A DNA stretch of 64,000 nucleotides, taken from NCBI GenBank assembly GCA_965221695.1, contig OZ244905.1, forward strand, positions 448,001 through 512,000, written 5' to 3'. A program made the translations under genes and the position numbers. The notes beneath the pieces were generated by a model. The model did no database searches and was not told the DNA's origin. It saw nothing but the letters and a program-made list of their open reading frames with translations. Below are positions 10,407 to 23,097 of the stretch, piece after piece. Position 1 is the first letter of the stretch. Each line of letters opens with the position of its first letter. The stretch comes from Gammaproteobacteria bacterium (GTDB lineage Bacteria > Pseudomonadota > Gammaproteobacteria > Eutrophobiales > Eutrophobiaceae).

Positions 10407-11579
10407 ATGCCCCTGACACATAGCCAATTTCTGACACCGGAACATTTCGCCAAACTCAGCCTGCCTCTGGAAGAGGCGTATAACTTGCCCCAGGCTGCGT
10501 ATGTCTCTGATCAGATTTTCAAACTGGAAGCGGAACATTTGTTTCTATCGCACTGGGTCAACGTGGCTCACGTCAGTCAAATCCCGAAGCCCGGTGATTA
10601 TCTGTGTGTCGATGTATTTGACTATCCCCTGGTACTGACACGCGACCTGAATAATGACATTCATCTGATATCCCGAGTCTGCCAGCACAAAGGAACACTG
10701 GTTGCCGCGGGCAGCGGCAACGCAAAACTGTTTGTCTGTCCTTTTCATGCCTGGTCCTATGAACTTGATGGCAGACTGAAAGCGGCGCCGTTGATGGATA
10801 AGGTCAAAAACTTTGATCGGAAGAACTGCCAACTGAAGAAAATGCGCGTCGAGATCTGGGAAGGATTCATATTCGTCAATATAAGCGGCGATGCAGAACC
10901 GCTACATCCCCAGTTGGCAGGTTTACAAGAATTACTGGCGAACTGGCACATGGCCGATTTGGTTCCGGCACACGAGGCATTTTATTATGACCAGCGCCAG
11001 AACTGGAAAATCAATTCGGAATCATTTCTTGAGGCTTATCATCATCTTGGGGCCCATGTCAAAACGTTTCAGCCCACCTACCCTGCAGCCAACTCTTACC
11101 CCATCGCAAGCTCGGGCGCCTATTCGGTCCTCAGCTTTGGTCCGGCGCAGGCTGTATCGGCGACCAATATCGACGGCGGCACGGACCTGCCGTTTATTGA
11201 AACACTTACTGAGGCTGAACGACTGGAACCCATGGTGGCATTCGTCTGGCCTAACCTGCTACTGGGAATAGGCGCAGACATGGTTGCGTATTACCGGTTA
11301 ATGCCCACCAGCGCCGAAAGTCACGACCTGTGGCTGAATGACCTGATGCCACGCAATGTTGTAGAAGACCCGAAACTTGAAAAGGTAATCAGTGATCGCG
11401 CAAAATGGGCCAGATCCGTGCATGAAAGTGACGACATGCCCGCTTTTGAGCGTTGCCACGCCGGTATCCGCAGCCCGTTTTATGAACAAGGCAGATTGTC
11501 TGCCCCTTACGAACGTTGCATCTGGGAATTCAACCAGTGGTGGGCAGAGCGATTGGGTGAGCGAACTATACAACGATAG
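10407..11579 (+). CDS. Rieske non-heme iron oxygenase alpha subunit (CntA/choline monooxygenase-like)
   Basis: CQH...CPFHAW Rieske motif, NWK...EAYHHLGAH iron site; GGAGG RBS before the ATG at 10407. Confidence 0.88.
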   Translation: MPLTHSQFLTPEHFAKLSLPLEEAYNLPQAAYVSDQIFKLEAEHLFLSHWVNVAHVSQIPKPGDYLCVDVFDYPLVLTRDLNNDIHLISRVCQHKGTLVAAGSGNAKLFVCPFHAWSYELDGRLKAAPLMDKVKNFDRKNCQLKKMRVEIWEGFIFVNISGDAEPLHPQLAGLQELLANWHMADLVPAHEAFYYDQRQNWKINSESFLEAYHHLGAHVKTFQPTYPAANSYPIASSGAYSVLSFGPAQAVSATNIDGGTDLPFIETLTEAERLEPMVAFVWPNLLLGIGADMVAYYRLMPTSAESHDLWLNDLMPRNVVEDPKLEKVISDRAKWARSVHESDDMPAFERCHAGIRSPFYEQGRLSAPYERCIWEFNQWWAERLGERTIQR

Positions 11580-11589
11580 AAATGACTAT

Positions 11590-11680
11590 TGGCGGAGAGG
11601 GTGGGATTCGAACCCACGAAGGGCTATCAACCCTTGCCGGTTTTCAAGACCGGTGCATTCAACCGCTCTGCCACCTCTCC
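11590..11680 (-). tRNA. tRNA-Ser (TGA)
   Basis: Reverse complement GGAGAGGTGGCAGAGCGGTTGAATGCACCGGTCTTGAAAACCGG...GGTTCGAATCCCACCCTCTCCGCCA with long variable arm; divergent from yccA like serT. Confidence 0.97.
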
Positions 11681-11722
11681 GTTTCGAGTTGTCGCTCCCT
11701 CATCAGCTCATCAAGTTTGTAC

Positions 11723-11838
11723 GCACCGGTTCCCGGCGCACTGCGACCTACCTCCCTGTAGGTCGCCCCTACGGGGCCAGCTTCGCTGTCCAAATTTGTT
11801 CCAGACAAATTTGTCAACCGCTCTGCCACCTCTCCGTT
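11723..11838 (-). pseudogene. Degenerate tRNA-Ser 5' copy interrupted in the D-loop by a hairpin-rich insert of about 71 bp (11743-11813)
   Basis: 25-bp exact duplication 11659-11683 = 11814-11838; four short inverted repeats in the insert. Confidence 0.75.
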
Positions 11839-11934
11839 CGGTAGAGGCGCCATATTTTAAGCGCGATGTCTTGAAAAGCAACTTTTTTACCCATAATATG
11901 TCATAAGTATCATGATAATCATCGGAGGTTTGAA

Positions 11935-12606
11935 ATGAGCACACAGTATGCAGTCGCTCGGCCCGCTCCAGCAACGCTGGCCACTAACAAGCTGATACGC
12001 AACACATACATCCTGCTGTCCATGACCCTACTGTTCAGCGCTTTGATGGCGGCTGTCTCTATCGCCATGAATCTGCCGAGCATGGGACTGCTGATTACCC
12101 TGGGTGGGTATTTCGGATTGTTATTCCTGACATCTGCGTTGAGGAACAGCGTCTGGGGCCTGGGCGCGATCTTCGCTCTCACCGGTTTCATGGGCCTTAC
12201 ATTAGGGCCATTCCTGAACGCATATCTACAGTTCTTCAGCAATGGCGGGCAACTGGTGATGCTGGCGTTGGGCGGCACCGGCGTGATCTTTCTTGGCCTG
12301 TCCGGTTATGCGCTGACTACCCGCAAGGATTTCAGTTTCATGGGCGGGTTCCTCATGGTGGGTATCCTGGTAGGTTTCCTGATGGGAATCTGCGCTGTTG
12401 TCTTCAGCATACCTGCTATGGCGCTGGCGGTTTCGGCCATTTTCATCCTGCTGATGTCCGGGATGATACTCTACCAGACCAGCGAGATGATCCACAGTGG
12501 AGAGACCAACTACATCATGGCAACGATCACTCTTTATGTTGCCATCTACAACCTGTTCACCAGCCTGCTTCACATTCTGGCCGCTTTCGCTGGTCAGGAG
12601 CGGTAA
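11935..12606 (+). CDS. yccA: Bax inhibitor-1/YccA family membrane protein
   Basis: NKLIRNTYILL, TTRKDFSF and GETNYIMATITLY motifs; about 7 TM segments. Confidence 0.93.
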   Translation: MSTQYAVARPAPATLATNKLIRNTYILLSMTLLFSALMAAVSIAMNLPSMGLLITLGGYFGLLFLTSALRNSVWGLGAIFALTGFMGLTLGPFLNAYLQFFSNGGQLVMLALGGTGVIFLGLSGYALTTRKDFSFMGGFLMVGILVGFLMGICAVVFSIPAMALAVSAIFILLMSGMILYQTSEMIHSGETNYIMATITLYVAIYNLFTSLLHILAAFAGQER

Positions 12607-12621
12607 GCGCTCAGTGTGAAT

Positions 12622-12651
12622 CCGGCCGGTGTGGCATGCCGCACCGGCCGG
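12622..12651. terminator. Hairpin between convergent genes
   Basis: ccggccggtgtggc-at-gccgcaccggccgg inverted repeat. Confidence 0.6.
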
Positions 12652-12677
12652 TTATGTTATCGGTACCGTGCCTTCTG

Positions 12678-13097
12678 TTATACGAGTTGAGCCTGAGAAA
12701 GCACTATGTCGGAAACCGAACCGGTAGCCTTCAGCAATTCCTGTAGTTTATCTATGCTGGGCAGAGTTTTTCCCTGCTCATAGCGGGCATAAGCAGTCTT
12801 GGATGTTGACCCGAGACGATCGGCTACATCTTGAACCGTGAGCTTGCTTAACTGTCTTTTTCGTTTAAGCAACAAACCAATCATCACTTTATTATCATTC
12901 GAACCAACCTCAAGAAGCCCGTCTTTGGAGCATTCGACACAGACCTCAAACCCTTTTTTATCGACCAGGCTAATAAACAGGTCTTCGACCATCAGCAGTA
13001 GTTCTTTTTTCGTTCGACCCTGCGTCATCAGTTCGAGAAACGGAATATCCGCCAACCAAAATGCGCCGTCTTTAAAGGCTTTACCTTGAAATTTCAT
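12678..13097 (-). CDS. HicB-like antitoxin with C-terminal XRE HTH
   Basis: W.A.IP.L..MTQG.T..E HicB signature; LTVQDVADRLG...YARYEQG HTH. Confidence 0.8.
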   Translation of the reverse strand: MKFQGKAFKDGAFWLADIPFLELMTQGRTKKELLLMVEDLFISLVDKKGFEVCVECSKDGLLEVGSNDNKVMIGLLLKRKRQLSKLTVQDVADRLGSTSKTAYARYEQGKTLPSIDKLQELLKATGSVSDIVLSQAQLV

Positions 13098-13177
13098 TGT
13101 TTTGCCCGTTTCAAAATAGTACTGGCCAGAAGCTCATTAATTTCTGTGTGCCGAGGTATGGCCTCCTGCCGTTCACC
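13094..13177 (-). pseudogene. C-terminal remnant of a HicA-like toxin
   Basis: GERQEAIPRHTEINELLASTILKRAKQ* with its TGA overlapping the hicB ATG; no start codon before an upstream in-frame stop. Confidence 0.75.
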
Positions 13178-14217
13178 TACAGCAACTCCTCCGCCAGCAG
13201 GCGTAGCGCTTCAACCGATGCGCCGGAGGCGAGCAAGCAACCGACATCCCCACGTTTACCGGCTTCCTTCCAGCGCGACAGGCGCTCCCTGATCCGCTCG
13301 GGCGGGCCGACCAGGGACACGTCATCCACCAGGCTGTCGGGCACCGCGGCGATCGCTTCGGGTTTTCTGCCGTCCAGGAACAGCTCCTGGATTGTTGCGG
13401 CAGCAGCTTCATAGCCCAATTGCCCGGCATAGTCATTGTAAAAATTCCTGTTCTTAGCGCCCATGCCGCCGATATACAAGGCCAGTTCCTGTTTTACCAC
13501 GTTACGGCATTGTTCGAGATCTTCACCCATGCTGATGCGTACAAACGGCGCCACATCAAATTCCGCCTTGTTCTTGCCGTTCCCCGCCGCAGCAAACCCG
13601 GCTTCAATGGCTGGGGCAAACAAATCATATCTGTCCGGGTTCATCCATATCGGAAAAAATCCGTCCGCCAGTTCCGCAGCCAGACTGATGCCGCCCGGGG
13701 TAATAGCGGCAGTATAAATCTTCATGTTCGGATCGCCATGCAGAATACTTTTCAGGGGTCTGCCCAGCCCCGTGCTGTTTTCGCCCCGGTAAGGCAACTG
13801 GTAATGGTAACCGTCATACTGCACCGGCGCTTCCCGGGCAAACACCTGGCGCACGATATCGATGTATTCGCGCAGGCGCGTCAAGGGTTTGGCATAGGTC
13901 GTCCCATACCAGCCTTCCACCACCTGCGGGCCGGAGGGACCCAGGCCCAGGATAAAGCGCCCGCCGGACAGGCTCTGTAACGTCATCGCGCTCATTGCCG
14001 CCGAGGTCGGCGCGCGGGCAGGCGCCTGCATGATGGCGGTCCCCACCTTGATGCGAGAGGTTCTTGCCAGTATCCAGGCCGCCGGAGTCAACGCGTCAGA
14101 ACCGTAGGCTTCCGCAGTCCACACCGAATCAAACCCAAGCCGTTCTGCCTCAAGGATTTCATCCATGGGCAGTTTCAGTTCGCTTTGTGAATAGCCAATG
14201 GCCAGTCCGAGTTTCAA
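13177..14217 (-). CDS. LLM-class (probably F420-dependent) oxidoreductase
   Basis: GFDSVWTAEAYGSDA, GLGPSGPQVVEGW and LYIGGMGA motifs; probable TTG start at 14217. Confidence 0.88.
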   Translation of the reverse strand: MKLGLAIGYSQSELKLPMDEILEAERLGFDSVWTAEAYGSDALTPAAWILARTSRIKVGTAIMQAPARAPTSAAMSAMTLQSLSGGRFILGLGPSGPQVVEGWYGTTYAKPLTRLREYIDIVRQVFAREAPVQYDGYHYQLPYRGENSTGLGRPLKSILHGDPNMKIYTAAITPGGISLAAELADGFFPIWMNPDRYDLFAPAIEAGFAAAGNGKNKAEFDVAPFVRISMGEDLEQCRNVVKQELALYIGGMGAKNRNFYNDYAGQLGYEAAAATIQELFLDGRKPEAIAAVPDSLVDDVSLVGPPERIRERLSRWKEAGKRGDVGCLLASGASVEALRLLAEELL

Positions 14218-14500
14218 CGGAGCGTCCTCATTTCCGATTTGAAAAAGACAGAATAATAGACCGAACAGCGGGATGTTGCACGTCTTGCGCAATAATTTGC
14301 CTGTCTACCCGTTTCCCGCAACGGCATACAAACTGGTTTTTTTATCTCATTGCATGTGTTAATATTAGCTCCGTTTTTGCAATGATGGTCGTAATCTGCC
14401 ATCACACACCATGTAGAAACGCCGGATTCCGGATGCTGAGGAGAACAGACCCGGCGTTTTAATACCTGACGTCAACAAACCTGCCAGAGGGGTTTTTTTT

Positions 14501-15628
<1,128 letters not shown>

Positions 15629-15644
15629 CGCTGAGGAACCATCA

Positions 15645-15935
15645 ATGGAAGCCGTATATCTCACATTCATCCTGGTCCTGTCCATATTCCTGGGCTTTGA
15701 ACTGATCAGTAAAGTACCGGCCACCCTGCACACACCGCTGATGTCCGGGGCCAACGCCATCTCCGGCATCACCCTGGTGGGCGCGCTGACCTCCGCCGGC
15801 GCCGGCAGCGCCGAAATGGCGACCCTGCTCGGCACCCTGGGCGTGACCTTCGCCTCCATCAACGTGGTCGGCGGTTACATGGTGACCAACCGCATGTTGT
15901 CGATGTTCAAGAAGAAGGAAGGTGGCGATCAATGA
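15645..15935 (+). CDS. NAD(P) transhydrogenase alpha subunit part 2 (membrane)
   Basis: LHTPLMSGANAISG, NVVGGYMVTNRML. Confidence 0.95.
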   Translation: MEAVYLTFILVLSIFLGFELISKVPATLHTPLMSGANAISGITLVGALTSAGAGSAEMATLLGTLGVTFASINVVGGYMVTNRMLSMFKKKEGGDQ

Positions 15936-17296
15936 GTAATGCACTGCTGATTAACCTGTCTTACGTCGCTTCGGCCGTGCTGTTCATCTTCGGCCTGAAG
16001 ATGCTCAGTTCGCCGGCTACCGCGCGCAACGGCAACCTGGTCTCCGCACTGGGCATGCTGCTTGCCATCGTCGTGACGTTGCTGGACCATTCCATCGTCG
16101 ATTTTCGCTGGATTGCCTTGGGCCTGGTCTTGGGCGGCATCATCGGCGCGCTGGCCGCGCGGCTTGTGGCAATGACCGCAATGCCGGAAATGGTGGCCAT
16201 ATTCAACGGCTTTGGCGGCATCGCCAGCCTGTTCGTTGGCTGGGCCGCGCTGCATTCCGGCGCAATCTCGACCTTCACCGTCGTGACTATCTTCCTGTCC
16301 ATACTTATCGGCGGCCTGACCTTCACCGGCAGCCTTATCGCATTCGGAAAACTGAGCGAGTCAATACCCGGTCGACCCTACATCTTCGCCGGACAGCGCA
16401 CGTTCAACAGCTTGTTGCTGACGGCCATCGTTGTCGTCGGCGTCATGTTCTGTATTGACCCCTCGAACACCACCTTGCTGTATGCGCTGATAGCGCTGTC
16501 GTTCCTGTTCGGCGTCATGGCGGTGATTCCCATCGGCGGCGCTGACATGCCCGTGGTGATATCCCTGCTCAACAGCTATTCCGGCCTGGCCGCATGTGCC
16601 GCGGGGTTTGCCATCAACAACAACATCCTGATCGTTGCCGGCTCCCTGGTGGGCGCAACCGGTATCATCCTGACCAATATCATGTGCAAGGCCATGAATC
16701 GCTCGCTGGCCAACGTACTGTTCAGCGGTTTCGGCGCGGTAAAGACAGCCCTGGCCAAGGTGGAGGGCGAGGTCAAGCCCATCACGCCGGACGATGCGTA
16801 TTACATCCTGGAGGCGGCCAGCAGTGTCGTCGTCGTGCCCGGCTACGGCATGGCTGTGGCCCAGGCCCAGCATGTAGTGAAGGAACTGCAGGAATTGCTG
16901 GAACATAACGGCGCAGAAGTCAGTTACGCGATTCACCCGGTGGCCGGCCGCATGCCCGGACACATGAACGTGCTGCTGGCGGAAGCGGATGTGCCCTACG
17001 ACCTGCTGATCGAGATGGAAGATATCAACCCGCGCATGGAGATGATGGATGTCGCCATCGTCATCGGCGCCAACGACGTGGTCAACCCCGCGGCCCGGGA
17101 GATGGAAGAAAGCCCGATATACGGCATGCCCATCATCAACGTGGACTACGCGAAGACGGTATTCGTACTCAAGCGCTCGATGGCAGCCGGCTTTGCCGGC
17201 GTGGACAACCCACTGTTCTTCGGCGAAAACACCCGCATGCTATTCGGAGACGCGAAGGAATCCATCGGCGCCCTGGTACGGGAGTTCAGTTCGTAA
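15932..17296 (+). CDS. pntB: NAD(P) transhydrogenase beta subunit
   Basis: IGGADMPVVISLLNSYSG, HPVAGRMPGHMNVLLAEA, GANDVVNP. Confidence 0.98.
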   Translation: MSNALLINLSYVASAVLFIFGLKMLSSPATARNGNLVSALGMLLAIVVTLLDHSIVDFRWIALGLVLGGIIGALAARLVAMTAMPEMVAIFNGFGGIASLFVGWAALHSGAISTFTVVTIFLSILIGGLTFTGSLIAFGKLSESIPGRPYIFAGQRTFNSLLLTAIVVVGVMFCIDPSNTTLLYALIALSFLFGVMAVIPIGGADMPVVISLLNSYSGLAACAAGFAINNNILIVAGSLVGATGIILTNIMCKAMNRSLANVLFSGFGAVKTALAKVEGEVKPITPDDAYYILEAASSVVVVPGYGMAVAQAQHVVKELQELLEHNGAEVSYAIHPVAGRMPGHMNVLLAEADVPYDLLIEMEDINPRMEMMDVAIVIGANDVVNPAAREMEESPIYGMPIINVDYAKTVFVLKRSMAAGFAGVDNPLFFGENTRMLFGDAKESIGALVREFSS

Positions 17297-17324
17297 TTAC
17301 AAATCGGGTTGAAACTGGCGGTTG

Positions 17325-18599
<1,275 letters not shown>

Positions 18600-18625
18600 T
18601 CAGTTATCGGGACAGATACATACCA

Positions 18626-19936
18626 TCACTGCCCTTTGTTTTTCCTGTCCAGCGCCCGCAGACGCTCCAGTTTCTCTGCAATTTGTGTCTCAAGACCCCG
18701 GTTTGTCGGATAATAGTACCGGCGTTCCGTCATGCCCTCGGGGAAATAGTTCTCGCCTGCCGCATAAGCCTCCGGTTCATCGTGGGCATAGCGGTACTGC
18801 TTGCCGTACCCCAGTTCCTTCATCAGCCGTGTCGGCGCATTGCGCAGGTGTACCGGCACTTCCGCCGATGCGGTGGTCTTCACGTCCTCCATTACCGTAT
18901 TATACGCTTTGTACACTGCGTTGCTCTTTGGCGCGCATGCGAGGTAAACGATGGCCTGGGCAATCGCCAGCTCCCCTTCAGGCGAACCCAGTCGCTCCTG
19001 GGTCTCCCACGCGTCCAGGGCCAGGCGCAGTCCCCTGGGGTCTGCATTGCCTATGTCTTCAGAGGCCATGCGCACCACGCGCCTGGCAATATACAGGGGG
19101 TCGCAGCCTCCATCAAGCATACGCGCAAACCAGTACAAGGCCGCATCCGGGGCCGAACCGCGCACGGACTTGTGCAACGCGGAGATCTGCTCGTAAAATA
19201 CCTCTCCCCCCTTGTCGAAACGCCGGTAGCCGGCGCCGCTGATCACTTCGCTCACCAGCTCATCGGTGACCTGTTGCGCGGATGCCAGGTCTGCGGCAAC
19301 CTCCAACAGGTTGAGCGCGCGCCTGGCGTCGCCGTCGGCGCTGGATACCAGGAGTTGCAGCGCTTCGTCGGTGATCTCAAGGTTTTTGTCGCCCAGTCCA
19401 CGCTGCCGGTCCTGCAATCCCTCTATGACTACCTGCTTCAGGTGCGCCACACTGAGCGGTTTCAGCACATAGACACGCACCCTGGACAACAGTGCGTTGT
19501 TCAGTTCGAACGACGGGTTCTCGGTGGTGGCGCCGACGAAGGTGATGGTGCCGTCCTCCACATGCGGCAGGAACGCATCCTGTTGCGACTTGTTGAAGCG
19601 GTGTGCTTCATCGATGAACAGAACAGTGTCCTTTTGGTACATATCCCGGTACTGGCGCGCCTTTTCTATGGCCGCACGGATCTCCTTAACGCCGCTCAAC
19701 ACCGCGGAGAGGGTCAGGAATTGCGCACTGCAGGAACTGGTTACCAGGCGGGCAAGCGTGGTTTTACCCGTTCCGGGCGCGCCCCAGAATACCATGGAGT
19801 GCAACTGGCCCTGTTCAATGGCGCGGCGCAGCGGCTTACCCGGTCCGATAAGGTGTTCCTGCCCGGCAAACCCGTCCAGGGTTTCCGGCCGCATTCGATC
19901 CGCCAGGGGGCGATATTCGTTACTGGCAGAAGCCAC
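18626..19936 (-). CDS. rarA: Replication-associated recombination protein A
   Basis: [37 protein letters not shown]. Confidence 0.97.
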   Translation of the reverse strand: MASASNEYRPLADRMRPETLDGFAGQEHLIGPGKPLRRAIEQGQLHSMVFWGAPGTGKTTLARLVTSSCSAQFLTLSAVLSGVKEIRAAIEKARQYRDMYQKDTVLFIDEAHRFNKSQQDAFLPHVEDGTITFVGATTENPSFELNNALLSRVRVYVLKPLSVAHLKQVVIEGLQDRQRGLGDKNLEITDEALQLLVSSADGDARRALNLLEVAADLASAQQVTDELVSEVISGAGYRRFDKGGEVFYEQISALHKSVRGSAPDAALYWFARMLDGGCDPLYIARRVVRMASEDIGNADPRGLRLALDAWETQERLGSPEGELAIAQAIVYLACAPKSNAVYKAYNTVMEDVKTTASAEVPVHLRNAPTRLMKELGYGKQYRYAHDEPEAYAAGENYFPEGMTERRYYYPTNRGLETQIAEKLERLRALDRKNKGQ

Positions 19937-19945
19937 GACTCCGGG

Positions 19946-20560
19946 CTAGTTCTCTTGTCTTGCGTCGATGACTTCCATTTCGTCTGTGGGTATAAACGTA
20001 AACAGCGCCTGGTCCAATTCCGGGTTGCGCACCACATTTTCAAAGGAGATCAGCAGGGTCTGCCCCAGGTTATCGAACAGCGTCATGCCCCCCAGCTCAT
20101 CGCCCAGGAACAGCAGGCGTAGCAGGCGGTAGTGGGGTTCAGGGTTCCTCGGGATCAAATCCACCCATACACTGCCATCCTGATCTTCCAGTTGCCTGAT
20201 GGTGAAATACTCGTCCAGGTCTGTATCGCCGTCGAAAATAAGCGCCGGGGTATCCTCTATGGACTCAGATACATCACTGATGGTGACCTGCTCCAGGTCC
20301 GCCTCGTAAATCCACAGGTTGGCGCCGTCGCTGATGATTTTCTGGACATACGGTTCACGATAGAACCAGTAAAACATACCGGGACGGCGCAGACGCAGCG
20401 CTCCCCGGGACGATTCCAGCGCCTCGCCGGATGAGTCGAGCAGCACTTGTCGAAAATCCGCCGAGAAGGTATCCAGATCATCGAGAAATACATCCAGCGG
20501 GTTAGCGGCCGCCGCATTCACTGCCAGGGATAGGAGTATTGCGCAAATATTACGCATCAT
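19946..20560 (-). CDS. lolA: Outer-membrane lipoprotein chaperone
   Basis: Signal peptide, RPG.F.W.Y..P..Q.I.SDG motif; lies between ftsK and rarA. Confidence 0.92.
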   Translation of the reverse strand: MMRNICAILLSLAVNAAAANPLDVFLDDLDTFSADFRQVLLDSSGEALESSRGALRLRRPGMFYWFYREPYVQKIISDGANLWIYEADLEQVTISDVSESIEDTPALIFDGDTDLDEYFTIRQLEDQDGSVWVDLIPRNPEPHYRLLRLLFLGDELGGMTLFDNLGQTLLISFENVVRNPELDQALFTFIPTDEMEVIDARQEN

Positions 20561-20566
20561 ATACGT

Positions 20567-22909
20567 TCAATCCACTGGCGGTGGCGGTCCCGCCAGTATT
20601 TCCCGGCTGCCGTTGGCTTCCAGTGGGCCTACCAGGCCGCTGGCCTCCATTTCTTCGACGAGCCGGGCCGCGCGGTTATAGCCGATCTTGAGCCTGCGCT
20701 GGATATAGGAAATGGATGTCTTGCGGGTTTCGGTAACGATCCTCACCGCCTCGTCATAAAGCGGGTCGGCATCGTCCGGGCTGGTCTCAAGCCCCGGTAT
20801 CGGCGCCGCCCCGCCATTATTCGGGTCCAGGGTGATGTTATCCAGGTAGTTCGGACCGCCGCGGCTCTTCACGTTCTCGACGACCTTGTGCACCTCGTGG
20901 TCATCGACAAACGCGCCGTGTACCCGGATCGGCACGCTGGTGCCCGGCGGCAGGAACAGCATGTCGCCGTGCCCGAGCAGGTTCTCTGCGCCCATCTGAT
21001 CAAGTATCGTGCGCGAATCCACCTTGGAGGAAACCTGGAATGCGATACGGCAAGGAATATTGGCCTTGATCAGTCCAGTGATGACATCCACGGACGGACG
21101 TTGCGTGGCCAGGATCAGGTGGATGCCGGAAGCACGGGCCTTCTGCGCCAACCTGGCAATGAGTTCTTCCACTTTTTTGCCGACCGTCATCATCATATCC
21201 GCCAACTCGTCAATCAGGATGACGATAAAAGGGAGTTCTTCCAACTCCGGCGCGTTATCCTCGTCATCTATCGGCGTGTGGAACGGGTCCTTCAACGGCT
21301 GGCCGCGGCCGGCCGCTTCATGAATTTTCTTGTTATAACCATTGATATTGCGCACACCCAGCGCCGCCATCAGCCGGTAACGGCGTTCCATCTCGGAGAC
21401 GCACCAGCGCAGCGCGTTTGCCGCTTCCTTCATATCCGTGACGACCGGCGTCAATAAGTGCGGGATGCCTTCGTAAACGGATAACTCGAGCATCTTCGGG
21501 TCGATCATGATCAAGCGGATTTTTTTCGGGGGAGACTTATACAACAGGCTCAGGATCATCGCGTTGATTGCAACGGACTTGCCCGACCCGGTTGTGCCGG
21601 CAACCAGCAGGTGCGGCATGCGGCTCAGGTCCATGACCACGGGATGACCACTGATGTCCTTGCCTAGCGCCAGGGCTGTAGCCGAATGGAGCTCCTCGTA
21701 CTCCTTGGAACCCAGTATTTCACTCAAGGTGACCAGTTCGCGGGTGGTATTGGGTATTTCCAGTCCGATCACAGATTTGCCCGGGATCACATCGACCACG
21801 CGCACGCTGATTACCGACAACGACCTGGCCAGGTCCGTGGCAAGATTGCTGATCTGGCTGCCTTTTACGCCCGGCGCCGGTTGCAGTTCAAATCGTGTAA
21901 TCACCGGACCGGGATTGACGGCCACCACCTCCACCTGGATATTGAAGTCAAGCAGCTTCAGTTCCACCTGGCGCGACATGGCCTCCAGGGTCGCTTCCGA
22001 ATACCTGCCCTGGGACGGTCGGGGCTTGTCAAGCAGGTTCAACGGCGGCAAGGCCGCATCCGGCGGTATTTCGAACAGTGGTTCCTGCTTTTCCGCCTCG
22101 GCGCGGGCGCTGGATTCCACCTTGCTGACAACGCGTTCGATACGCGGCGGTGGCCTGTCTCTGATTTTTTTTTGTTGATTTCTCACCACCTCAGCGCGTT
22201 GTTTCTTAGTGGTGTGATAATTAATAAACTGAATTAAGTTAGAAGTATAATATACTGTTTTTTCTATTATTCTTAATGTCATATATCCGGTTTTTTCGAT
22301 CAGCCACAGCCATGACATTCCGGTGTAAAGCGTCAGACCAGCCAATACCATGGCTAGCATCAGCAGCGCGCTGCCGGCATGGCCAAGCGCCGCAAGCAAA
22401 AACTTACCGAAGGCAATGCCTAGTATTCCGCCAGCGCCGCTGACCTGATCTGGCAAGTGCGCAGGTAGATGCGCTCCGCTGTGCCCTTGCAACCAGGCCA
22501 GCGCGCACGCGCCAGAGAACAGGAGGACAAATCCGAATGTTCGCAACCCGATCAGAACACGGGTGACTGGCATACCACCCTGGCGCGATTTGAATACGCG
22601 CCATCCATCAAAGATGATTACCAGGGGGAGCAGGTATCCCGGATAACCGAACAGGTAAAGCAGGATATTGGCAATATAGGCGCCTGCCCGTCCTCCTTCA
22701 TTATGCACTTCGGCAATATTGACTGCTTGCGTCCAGCCTGGATCGGCGGGATTATAGGTCAATAACGACAGCGCTATGAACAACGCGCTGGCTATCACGA
22801 AGATAAAGCTGATTTCTTTGATGTAGCGTACAACCTCTATCTTAGAAACCGTGCCGGATTGTTTTTTTCTCGATGCCTGCTTCACGTTGTAATCGGGTCG
22901 AAATGACAC
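20567..22909 (-). CDS. ftsK: DNA translocase FtsK (start may be the GTG at 22885)
   Basis: N-terminal TM domain, [22 protein letters not shown], gamma domain IGYNRAAR. Confidence 0.98.
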   Translation of the reverse strand: MSFRPDYNVKQASRKKQSGTVSKIEVVRYIKEISFIFVIASALFIALSLLTYNPADPGWTQAVNIAEVHNEGGRAGAYIANILLYLFGYPGYLLPLVIIFDGWRVFKSRQGGMPVTRVLIGLRTFGFVLLFSGACALAWLQGHSGAHLPAHLPDQVSGAGGILGIAFGKFLLAALGHAGSALLMLAMVLAGLTLYTGMSWLWLIEKTGYMTLRIIEKTVYYTSNLIQFINYHTTKKQRAEVVRNQQKKIRDRPPPRIERVVSKVESSARAEAEKQEPLFEIPPDAALPPLNLLDKPRPSQGRYSEATLEAMSRQVELKLLDFNIQVEVVAVNPGPVITRFELQPAPGVKGSQISNLATDLARSLSVISVRVVDVIPGKSVIGLEIPNTTRELVTLSEILGSKEYEELHSATALALGKDISGHPVVMDLSRMPHLLVAGTTGSGKSVAINAMILSLLYKSPPKKIRLIMIDPKMLELSVYEGIPHLLTPVVTDMKEAANALRWCVSEMERRYRLMAALGVRNINGYNKKIHEAAGRGQPLKDPFHTPIDDEDNAPELEELPFIVILIDELADMMMTVGKKVEELIARLAQKARASGIHLILATQRPSVDVITGLIKANIPCRIAFQVSSKVDSRTILDQMGAENLLGHGDMLFLPPGTSVPIRVHGAFVDDHEVHKVVENVKSRGGPNYLDNITLDPNNGGAAPIPGLETSPDDADPLYDEAVRIVTETRKTSISYIQRRLKIGYNRAARLVEEMEASGLVGPLEANGSREILAGPPPPVD

Positions 22910-23026
22910 ATCCTTATTGAATTTGGCTATACATCTCTGGACCTAGTATTTAACCAGAGGTTCCTGCGATTAATATTAAGTGGTATTGCCAAAAAAGAAA
23001 AGAGGCGATGCTGAAGCCAGTTTTTT

Positions 23027-23078
23027 CCTGGGAGCGCGGGTGTCTCGCTTGCATCAGACTATCGGACCGGCTCCCGAG
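23027..23078. repeat. Degenerate REP-like palindrome
   Basis: cctgggagcgcggg...gctcccgag; related to 1881-1943. Confidence 0.4.
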
Positions 23079-23097
23079 CCCTCAAGAATATAATTAA

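Noticed and set aside
11814-11838. tRNA duplication as a prophage or island att site
   Set aside because: It duplicates the 5' end, encloses only about 130 bp, and no integrase is nearby; treated as a miniature insert instead
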